From NCBI RefSeq assembly GCF_009914755.1, contig NC_060925.1: a stretch of DNA of 64,000 nucleotides; one strand, given 5' to 3'. Under the pieces are notes generated by a model. That model worked only from the letters and a program-made list of their open reading frames with translations, had not been told where the DNA came from and searched no databases. Of the stretch, positions 1-15,017 are shown piece after piece. The translations under genes were made by a program, and so were the position numbers. This stretch comes from the human T2T-CHM13v2.0 reference genome, Homo sapiens. Each line of letters starts with the position of its first letter. The stretch's first letter is position 1.

Positions 1-190
1 ACATTGAAAGTTTAGTGATTTTATAATACAAAATGTGACTGGACTCAGCATGGCTAACGTGCTCATGACCACACAGCTAGGCATCTGAGAGAGCCCATGC
101 TCCAAGCCAGGGCCACTGATTCCAGATCTGCTGTCGTCACTCACAGGCAAGGAAGTCTTTTGACTTGGGGCCTGAAATAATAAAGCATGA

Positions 191-507
<317 letters not shown>

Positions 508-1164
508 TGCATGAATGAGGAAAAAGAGAGGCGTTCATGACAAGTTTCTTACTATTGAGGTGATATGGCCTAATGGTGATGACTGCAAACTTGAATTCAG
601 ATTCTTGTTCTATTGTATCCTTAGGAACGTGTATCACCTCACTTTTTTCCATCTGTAAACTTGAAATAATAATGATCTACCTGAAGCATGATTGTGATGG
701 TTACATGCAATAATTATTAGGAAGAACTTACCATAATGGCTGGCACATAGTATTAATAAGTGATTATTACTCAAAACATCTGTGAAAGTCATAGACATGA
801 AGGCTGCTTATCGGGAAACGCCTCTTCTCAGATACAATCTTTGGTTTACAGATTCTGTGAAAAAGATCTTTCTCACGTCAGCAATAACTGATACATTAAT
901 TCAGTACCAAGCCATAGTTTGAAATCTTTGATCTACTAACCAAAGGCATCATTATTATCCTTGATGTTTTGGAATATGTCAGAGTAAGCAGACTCAAGCC
1001 GCTTCACTTTAATTCATCTATCATAAATCCCAAAATCAAGCCAAGGTCTAATAATAAACAATTAGGCCTCTTCCTAGGTTGGTGCAGGCCCTAGATGATG
1101 AGAAAGTGGAATGGCTAGGCTCACACCTGCCCTCTGGGAATGCCTATGCTAGGAAGCTCTTCAC

Positions 1165-1275
1165 TTTTTTCTTTCTTTTTTTTTTTTGGAGATGGAATCT
1201 CACTCTGTCACCCAGGCTGGAGTGCAGTGGTGCAATCTCTGCTCACTGCAACCTCCGCTTCCTGGGTTCGGGCGA
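1165..1275 (-). mobile_element. 5'-truncated Alu (right-arm 3' part)
   Basis: T-tail followed by 'gagatggaatctcactctgtcacccaggctggagtgcagtgg'. Confidence 0.85.
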
Positions 1276-1813
1276 TTTGAACACACACAAGAAAGAGCAC
1301 AGATAAGGATTTCACTTAACATCATGCCTGGAATAAAGTTCATATTAAAAAACAATACTCAGTATGTTCGATTATAATAGCTACATCTTATTGTCCTGTA
1401 TGAGCAGAGTACATTATACCTGTTGTTTCTAATCTTCATAAGCAAGCCTTCGATGAAAGTATCATTTGCCATTCCTGTTTTACTGTCTTTCCCTAAGATC
1501 AGAGAAGTCAAACAACTATACAAAATTGCTGAGCTAGTAAGTAATAGAACTGGGATTTGCACACTTTAGACATCAAAGTCTAGGTTTTCTCCACTATTCA
1601 CTGCTACTTTTCTGGTTCATTGATTAAGTATGTAGATCAGAAGGCACTATACCAGTGCTTGTCATTTATGATGAAGCTAACCCATTCTAAATCTGATCCT
1701 TCTAGATCCTACTTGAAAGTACAAGGGCTGAGTAACAATCCTGCCTTCTTAAATGCTTAATAATTCCCCCTCATCAACATGCCATGGTTTCAGTCAGAGC
1801 TGCTTTCTATTGA

Positions 1814-2421
<608 letters not shown>

Positions 2422-2949
2422 CAGATTTTACTTTTAATATGAAGAAACATCTGCTGTCTAAATTCCTATCCTCTTACAAATATTTACTGTGAACAGAATT
2501 TGATAATTGATTGAAAATCATTACCAGATTATTAGCCTAGATTATTAGCAGATTCTCCCTTTCCTAATATTGCCAGCATCAAACTCAATGGAGTGAAAGA
2601 AGAAGGAATGAAGATTAAAACATGAATTTGTGTACGTTTTTAAGTATTTTAAGAATACCAAAATAAAAGTGTCATATGAATTTCTTAGTATGTTTCTGAT
2701 ATAGACAGGATAGAGTTTAGTAATTAGCAATTTCTTCTAATTTTTTTTAAAAAAAGTTTATTGTTGTTACTTGCTACAAGAAATTATGGGACAAATTGGA
2801 TAACCACATGTGCTGGCATTTGTCCAGGACAGCCCATATCAAAAGGGATTGGGGTCCATGATACTGTAACAGTATCATTTCTAATTATAACTTCAAGGAA
2901 ATTCCTCTCTCAAAGAGGTAGCTAAGAAACTTATTCTTGTCTTACAAAA

Positions 2950-5340
<2,391 letters not shown>

Positions 5341-5695
5341 TAATGTTTTGATCTTTTAAATCTGCTTTGTCTGATATTAAGAATGTTTTATCAGCTTTTT
5401 AAAATTAAGATTGACATCTTTTTTCCCATTCTCCTTGTTTTCTCCTGTTCAGTTGATTTAGTGGAGTTTCTTGTGTTTCTGTGATTTAGGTGGTTTTCCT
5501 GTAAGCAGCAGATGTCTATATTTTATTTGGCTTTTCTTTAATCTAGCCTACAATCCCTTTAAACTTTTAAATTTGAGATCATTTTAAATCTACAGGAAGT
5601 TGGATGTTAAGATACATATAGGGGAGTCCCAAGTACCCTTCATCCAATTTCTCCAATGGCAACATCTCACATAACTATCCTCAATCTAAAAATCA

Positions 5696-6620
<925 letters not shown>

Positions 6621-7112
6621 ATCTATTTTTTAAGAGGTGAGTTTGATCTATTTACTAATAAACCATCCTAGTTTTTGTATGTAGGAAATGTTTTAAATTT
6701 GGCCACTTCTTGGAAGATAGTTTAGGTGAATATAAAACTTGAAGTTGACAATATAGTCTCTTAACACTTGGGAAGTCTTTTGGAAGTCTACTGTCTTTTC
6801 TTTTTGATAATTTTTAAGGTTTTTCTTTATTGCCAGTGTCTTATATACTTTTACTACAAGGTGTCTGAGTATACCGGAAGTGCACATCCAATTAGAGGGC
6901 ACTGAAGAATTCTGCTATTCTCTTTTCATATGTCACTTCTATGCAAATCCCTCTGCTAACTCCTATCAGGCATATGTTGGAGCCTCACAGTCTACTGTGT
7001 CTTCTAGTTTTTAAGCTTTTTTCCCCCTTTTATCTCACTGTGCTGCTTTTTGCATAATTCCCTCTTCAACTATATCCAGTCTAGCACATATACCATCAAC
7101 TTAGTGTTTTGA

Positions 7113-7440
<328 letters not shown>

Positions 7441-7469
7441 TAAAGACTTCTTTTTTTTAAAAAAAAATT

Positions 7470-7640
7470 ATTATTATCATTATTATCTTTAGAGACAGGG
7501 TCTCACTCTGTCACCCAGCCTAGAATGCTATGGCATGATCATGGCTCACTGCAGCCTCAAACTTCTGGGCTCAAGCAATCCTCCCACTTCTGCCTCCCAC
7601 ATAGCTGGGACTGCAAGTGCATGCCACCATGTCTGTCTTG
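7470..7640 (-). mobile_element. AluJ/FRAM monomer
   Basis: Diverged Alu right arm. Confidence 0.8.
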
Positions 7641-8584
7641 CTTTAAAGATTTCTAATAGACCCGTTTTCCCATTAATGTTTAAATTTGGCTTCTATTGTT
7701 TCATTACGTATCTTTTAAATTTTTTCATTTTTTCCTTTTTAATTAATCAATTTATTTATTAAGATTTTTTTCTTCTTGCCTTGTCTTATGGCACTGATAT
7801 CTTTCTTTTTAGATGAATAATATCTCTATTTCTCTCTTAAACACCTCAAGCAAACTGATTTTGAGGTTTTTGTCAGATTCTTCCATAGAAATAATTTCTT
7901 CTGGAGTGAGTTGATGTTTTATTTTTGCTGACTTTTTCCTTAGCAATATATATCTTGCTGTATATGCTGTATGTAAAAAGTGTGTGTGTATGTGTGTGTG
8001 TGTGTGGTTTTTCACATTATTAGTTGCAGACTTACTTTGAGTAAGACTTTTGGTGGCTGCTCTTGTTTCCGTCTCTTTCTCCTGTCTTGTGTTTTCTTTG
8101 CTACACACACTGTGCTCACTCCTCTGCATTTAGCATTTCTGTATTAGCTTCTGTCTGACTCTATGAGATCCTGAGTCCAGAGGCAAGTCCTATATGGTGT
8201 TTAGGCTTCTGCACTGTGGTCATACTGAAGATACTTTAGATCCAGTCACAGAGGCAGTGGGGGCCCTGCTTTAACTCCCAGTCCGGGGATATATTTTTGC
8301 CCTGCTACCTTGCCTAGTTCCACAGCTTACCAAATCTATAGCTTGGGCAGTAAATTAGGATTAGTTTTGTTTTTTTTTTTCCCCTTCTTTCATTCCTTCT
8401 AATAGCCTCCTTTTACAAAAGGAGTGGAAGTTTGGAACTCCTGCCCCAGCCCTGCGCCATGCTTTACTTTAAGCAAGACCTAGCTCTGGTTGCCACATGC
8501 ATGGTTGCCACACTTTAGGCCCCAACACCCTTCAGAAGCTGGACTCCAGCTACTGTTCACTGGACTCCAGCTATTGTTCATAAT

Positions 8585-8882
8585 TTTTTTTTTTTTTTTT
8601 TTTTGAGATGGAGTCTCACTCTGTTGCCCAGGCTGGAGTGCAGTGGTGCGATCTCGGCTCCTGCAACCTCCGCCTCCCGAGTTCAAGCGATTCTCCTGTC
8701 TCAGCCTCCCGAGTAGCTGGGATTACAGGCGTGCGCCACCAGGCCCAGCTAATTTTTTTATTTTTAGTAGAGACAGTTTTCACCATGTTGGTCAGGCTGG
8801 TCTCAAACTCCTGACCTCGTGTTCCACCCACCTTGGCCTCCCAAAGTGCTGGGATTACAGGCATGAGCCACCATGCCCGGCT
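8585..8882 (-). mobile_element. AluS element
   Basis: Full antisense Alu. Confidence 0.95.
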
Positions 8883-9158
8883 ACTGTTCACCGTTTAAAT
8901 CCTGGCCACTGCTCTGCATTTCTGCTCTGTTTGTGACAGAGATGTTGACATTGTTTGAGCCTAGCTATGTCCTTTTCTCTCCCTTTGTATTTTTCTGTCA
9001 TTGATATGTTTGTAACAGGAAGAGTGCACCAAAATGAGAATTCACCACAATATTTTGACTAGAAGCACAGCATAACTCTTCTGTTTCCAAAGAGCCTGAA
9101 ATGTTTGAATCCTCCCATCACCACCAACCACCACCGCCACCATCATCCCAGCACTGTT

Positions 9159-9165
<7 letters not shown>

Positions 9166-9209
<44 letters not shown>
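9166..9209. repeat. (CA)n microsatellite
   Basis: About 22 perfect CA units. Confidence 0.97.
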
Positions 9210-9212
<3 letters not shown>

Positions 9213-9779
9213 CAACACTCAAGGCCAGGATCTCCTAAAGCCTTGTGCCGTGGGTCTCCGGTCTGCCTTTCCAAGTTTGTGTCTCACCATTCTCCTTGCC
9301 CATGTCAGCACACTGTTGCCCAGCAAACTGAGCAATTTGATCTTCCTGGAGCCTATTCTATATCTTACTACTTTGGGGCTAGTTTGTGTTCTGCCTCTCT
9401 TCTTGAAATGCCATTCAAAACAACCCCCAGTCTTTCAAGCTCAGACAAACTCTTCCTCTATGGAAAGACCTACCAAATCTGCCATTTGGGAAAGAATTTC
9501 CCTCTTCTATTAACCCATTACATTGTTTCCAATTTTTATTACATTTGCCATGATCAAAATACCATTTTAAAACATCTTACCCAGTCTCAAACACTTAACA
9601 TAGTCTTATACTGAAGATGTTAACTGTTTATTAAGAAACTCTTGTGTACTAGATGCTGTCCAAGGCCTTTTTAGATACATCGTTATCTCATTTAATTCCT
9701 TCACCAATTACGGTATGAGGTGAAATTTGCTCATTTTACAGATAAGGAAATTGAGCGTGAGTAAGTCTTACCCAGGTCC

Positions 9780-9960
9780 TTATGAAACTAGCAGATTCCT
9801 AAGACCTCTCTGAGACCTACTAAATAGGAATTGCTAAGGATGGGGCCCAGGAATCTGCATTTTAACCACCTCTTTATATGATGCTCTAGCACTCCTACTG
9901 TTTAAACCTCGTTGCTCATCAGAATCATCTGGGGGTTGAGGGAGGTGGCTTAAAAATATT
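9780..9960. mobile_element. MER5-like hAT-Charlie fragments (MIR-like sequence just upstream, ~9680-9780)
   Basis: 'ggatggggcccaggaatctgcattttaac', 'catcagaatcatctgggg'. Confidence 0.6.
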
Positions 9961-9967
9961 CAGAACT

Positions 9968-10260
<293 letters not shown>

Positions 10261-10404
10261 TTAGAACTACCAAATTGGAATTTCCAGAGTAATGGCAATT
10301 TTTTTTTTACCAGTTTCTCAGATGAGTATGAAGCAGGTGGTTCACCAATTCCTGTGTGAAATATACCTAGGCAAATGTCAGAAACTGGTAGGCCATTGAT
10401 AGAA

Positions 10405-10406
<2 letters not shown>

Positions 10407-10446
<40 letters not shown>
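10407..10446. repeat. (TG)n microsatellite
   Basis: About 20 perfect TG units. Confidence 0.97.
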
Positions 10447-10449
<3 letters not shown>

Positions 10450-10569
10450 TATAAAGGTGACTCAACATTTAAAATCAAGAGAATCCACATAAAATATGAA
10501 TTCCAGTTTCTTTCTAAAAAATTAGAAGGTCGGGTTACACTAGGTTCTTATGTTGCAGGTTTGTTTGAT

Positions 10570-10718
10570 TATTTTTTAAAGGCAGGGTCTTGCTCTGTTG
10601 TCCAGGCTGGAGTGCAGTGGCAATGGCCATAGCTCACTGCAGCCTTGAACCCCTGAGCTCAGGCAATCAGCCTCAGCCTCCTGAGTAGCTGGGACTACAG
10701 GTGCATGCCACCACACCT
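10570..10718 (-). mobile_element. AluJ/FRAM monomer
   Basis: Alu right-arm homology, flanked by 'atgttgcaggttt' direct repeats. Confidence 0.8.
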
Positions 10719-11895
10719 ATAGGCTATCATGTTGCAGGTTTCTAGGTGCCTTGATACTTTGATGTCCCTAATAATGAAAGTAACTGCAAGAAGGGCAGTC
10801 AGTTTATGCCTGAACATAAGGAAAAATTCATATATTAGAAGAACACTGTACACAGATATAAGTACACCAGATAAATGAATATAAGCTTTACTAAAGATTC
10901 ATTACCAAATACAATTTTACTCTTCAAAAATTTTACTTATCAAAAATTTATTGAAGATACCTCATAATCTCTTCCCTTTAATAAAAATTAAAATGTAAAT
11001 GAAATAAAATTATAGGATTCCTAAATATTAAAGACTACTAAGTACAAGAAACAAGATTAGTAAATATTAACAAGGTTACTAAATATCAACCATGAGATTC
11101 TTGAGTTTCTAATTTGCCATTCACTTGCAGAAGTTCACCTGTGAGTTTTGCATTGGTAGATAAAGAAATTCATCTATCTGCTACAATTGGCCTCAGATTC
11201 TAGGTGAATCTGGTCTGTCTACAGCACTCCAAATATAAAGAAGAAATAATGATAGTTTCACTTTCTGTAACCCTACTCAGTGGATTCTGTTGCTCTACTT
11301 GTTTAGCTGTAACTACTGTCAGAAATTTTCTGTGGAGGCCAACACAGGATAGTCGGTTTTTTAATGTGATACAGTTGTGATTGTAACAGGCTGTATAAAT
11401 AGCCATCAGTGGGTACCATGGAAACCACCTGGAATTCTTTATCTCTGTCCTAGAAAGTACTGGAGCTTTTGTACAGCAACTGAAGACATATTTAAGATCT
11501 TTCCAAGTAATAAAAAAGGTCTTTGTGCATTTTAAACATTAAATAAAATTAAATCACAAATAATTATTAAATAGCAAATTACTAGGTTAGGCCCTTTCTC
11601 TAGCTCTCTGGGAATCATGGTTTTCAGACCTATGGTTCTCAAACTGGGGCTGGAAGTCAAAATTAATGAACAAATTACCCCAAATATTCTTAGTACTTTC
11701 AAAAATTTATTTGGAAATTACACATTTGTCTGCTATAAAGTTGCAAAGGCTAAATAAGTTTTTACTGATTAAAAATTTACATAATAATTTACTTATCAAA
11801 AAATTACATAATATGACTCATATTCCCTTGTAAGGATACATAAGGATAGAGAACGGAAAATGTATCCTTATGTATGTATCCTTATCCTTGTATCC

Positions 11896-13510
11896 TTTTT
11901 TTTTTTTCTGGTTCCACTTTGTTTTTATTCACTGAAACCAATAAAAGAGTTGAACACAGCAAAACTTGGAACAACAAGGAATTAACTGGGTGGCAGCAAA
12001 GGGCACCAAAAGAAAAGATAAATTGCCCAAAATAAATAAGGGCTGGTGAGGAAAATAAAAAATGTTTCCGAAAAAAGTGGGCTGTGATGCAAGGTACTGT
12101 GAGATAAAGAAGCAATTGTTTCACGCAAAAAATAGAGGGGGGCACCTCGCTGAAGCCAGCGAGGCCGCTGCACCACGTGGTGTCAGGAGACCTTAGCAAT
12201 GGCCCAGGTTCGCTGGCTGCATCTGCTGTGCCAGGCGCCTACTGTGCGCTCCTCTCCTCATCCAGCAAAGCTCGGCCTACATGGAGGTTTGCTGACTCCC
12301 CCAGGCCACCTTAGTTCCTCTCGGAGTCTGTATGGGTCTGGGCGAGATGCAGGCAGCTTATCTGTTTATGGGGCTGCCTCCTCCAGTACACGGAGAGCTC
12401 TTTGAGGCAAGGGACAATTTGATCTGTTTCTTCATCCTTAAAATTTCTGCTGCTTTTGCTGTTTCTGTGATTTCCTTGGTTTCTCCATTGGTGTGCTTAA
12501 AGCGATCTCCTCTACACGAACGCTAGGGCAGAGCACATTTTCGCACAGGCAGCGCCGCAGCTTGCCCTGGATCTTGTCGATTGAGTTGAAGTCGGACACG
12601 TGGAAGACATGGGTGGACTTGGGCTCCGAGGCGATCTCCTCCAGCTCCTCCCTGAGCGCCTCTCCCACGTCCACGGTGAAGACGCGGATGCCGGCGCGAA
12701 TGCCGGCACGGATGCCGGCACGGTGGGCAGCCGCCGTGGCGTCCAGCACCAGGTCCTGGCTGCAGCCATTGGTGAGCAGTATGGCCACCTGCTTGTAGGC
12801 GCAGTCCCCGGAGCGGTGGCCGGCGCGCGGGGAGAAGCTGCGGGCTGTGATGTGGTGCAGCGCTTCGCCGGTGTTGGTGTTGCCCTGTGGTAGGCGATGC
12901 ATCGGGCGGCCGCCTTGACCTCCTCCCGCGAGCCGAAAACGCCCAGTTCGAAGGCCACGTTGGGCAGGTCGCTGGAGCGCACGGTCCCCATGCAGTCGGG
13001 GCCCGCCTCGAAGGTATCCACCAGGTTGACTACCCACTGCTGCACCTTCTCAAAGTCCTCCTTGCCCACGCTGGAGGAGGTGTCCAAGAGGAAGACCAGA
13101 TTGTAGTGGACGCTTTTGCAACCTGTCCGTTGGGCCTATCAGCCGCCGCCCCGACTCCACAGCGGCAGCATCCAAAGGAAGCCGGCCACAGCATTCCCTC
13201 GGAGGGCAGCCATGGCTCTCCTGTTCTTGGGGACAGGCTTTTCTTGGCCATTTAGGCCAAGAAAGACGCAGTTAGGGCCTACTGCAGCATGGCCTAGCAG
13301 GGAGGCACTCGGGCTGCCAGCAGGAGTCCAATCCTGGGCCCAGGCCCACTGGAAGCAGCAGCTGGGAGAAGACACCAGCCCCAGGCAGCCCCCTCCTGGG
13401 GGTCACCTGCCAGCAACTCGCCCACTCTCCCCCCAATAATCTCACAAACTCAGACTCTAGACAAGACTTGCAGTAAGTCTGGAGGCTTTCCCCAGGCCAG
13501 GGGGCCAGAG
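11896..13510 (-). pseudogene. COL22A1: Processed pseudogene (retrocopy) of a short COL22A1 transcript; the symbol given is the parent gene
   Basis: From ATG at 13213 the minus strand reads MAALRGNAVAGFLWMLPLWSRGGG**AQRTGCKSVHYNLVFLLDTSSSVGKEDFEKV...CENVLCPSVRVE/GDRFKHTNGETKEIT, the recalled COL22A1 signal peptide and vWA domain, without introns. Disabled by tandem TGA TAG (13141-13136) and two frameshifts (~12885, ~12511). AATAAA at 11929-11924, A12 tail at 11907-11896. Confidence 0.92.
12520..13205. promoter_or_regulatory. CpG-island-like segment carried by the COL22A1 retrocopy
   Basis: Visibly GC- and CpG-dense (e.g. ggccggcgcgcgggg, gggcggccgcc) against a CpG-poor, AT-rich intron. Regulatory function is not shown. 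Confidence 0.6.
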
Positions 13511-13840
13511 AGGATACATACATAAGGATATGTAGGGGAAAATTAGTCAAAAATAAAGAAGTTAAGTGAAGCGCAAATTTGAGGGAAAAAAACTTTTAAA
13601 TAAAAATCTCCCTGGTAAACTTCAAATTCACTAAAATCATTTCTATGTGGATGATTTTCTCTTTTCTTTAATATATTTTAGTAGCTAAATAATCTACACA
13701 AATGAGATTTAAAAATTGAACTCCAGACAAATGGAAACGTGAAGGATCCTATGAGCATTTCCTGTCCTTATAAGGGTGGAGGTTTTTTCTTCTTCATCTT
13801 TTTGTCTCCAACTCCTAGCCCAGTCTTTGGCATGCGGTAC

Positions 13841-14145
<305 letters not shown>

Positions 14146-14976
14146 ACACGCAGTACACTTTTAGACAGAGTCTACTTTGCACTTCTTGGTGCTGTTTACT
14201 GGCACACATATTCAAAAGAGTGACCATGGCTGATGAGTGTGGGTCGCAATAACTGATGCGTGGCCAAAGGTGTTTCCCACAACAGTTGGCTTTGATTCAC
14301 CGTGTATCTTCTGCACTGGCTACCGTGTAGTTATGCCTTGCCCTTCATGGGTCCTGGGATTACTTGACTGCTGCCGAGGCTAACAGCCTCTTTTTTATTC
14401 TGATTGTGACCCATTATATTAGTCTGTTGGCCACTGACTCACTAGTACTTGGAAGCAACCCACAGCTATGTTGTCACATCCACGTATTCCCCTCAACACG
14501 CAGCAAATTGGGGTGAGACCAAGGAAAGGCCCATGCACAAAGGAACCTGACAGCTGTCAGCAGTAGCACCTGAGGCCAATTGTAGGCGGTAATAGCACAC
14601 ACTCAGAAAACCATACGCCAGCAGTGTGTGTGCATCACAATGCCGGGAGTGCACATATTGTGGGCTCCTCATCAACAGGGAACTCATCCTGCATTGCTTT
14701 TATATCCCAACTGTACTTAGCACAAGACTAACCATACAGTAGGTATCTGTGCCTATAATGATTTCACCAATATTTCTACATATGAACTACTATTCATCAT
14801 TTAGGGTCTCACTAAATGTTGCTTCTTTGAAGATATTTGCTTGAATCCCCTATGGCATTTTGTAGTTACCTCCATGCAGTAATGATAATATCCAAGTCAT
14901 TCGTTCCAGAGTTTATATCACTTATGTAAAGCGTATAACTCCAAAGCTTTGCAATAGGTGTTCAAGCAGCATATAA

Positions 14977-15017
14977 TGGATGGATGGATGGATGGATGGA
15001 TGGTTGGTTGGATGGAT
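14977..15017. repeat. (TGGA)n/(TGGT)n simple repeat
   Basis: Seen directly. Confidence 0.9.

Noticed and set aside
9105-9614. 169-aa His/Thr-rich ORF
   Set aside because: Its composition comes from the (CA)n microsatellite; non-ATG start and no recognisable domain.
10915-11830. Recurrent 'aaaaatttac/ttatcaaaaa' motifs
   Set aside because: Low-complexity AT-rich sequence, possibly decayed DNA-transposon remnants; cannot be assigned by eye.
11831-11895. Short repeats as a CRISPR-like array or DNA-transposon terminal inverted repeats
   Set aside because: Eukaryotic context, no regular spacers and no transposase; better explained as junction repair products of the retrocopy.
12438-13087. The 199-aa and 191-aa ORFs as a functional vWA gene
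   Set aside because: They are complementary halves of a frameshifted COL22A1 copy, and tandem stops follow the signal peptide, so no intact product is possible.
12493-13439. Plus-strand ORFs over the retrocopy as hidden NR5A2 exons or a new gene
   Set aside because: Expected antisense shadow ORFs of GC-rich coding-derived DNA; no splice or homology support.
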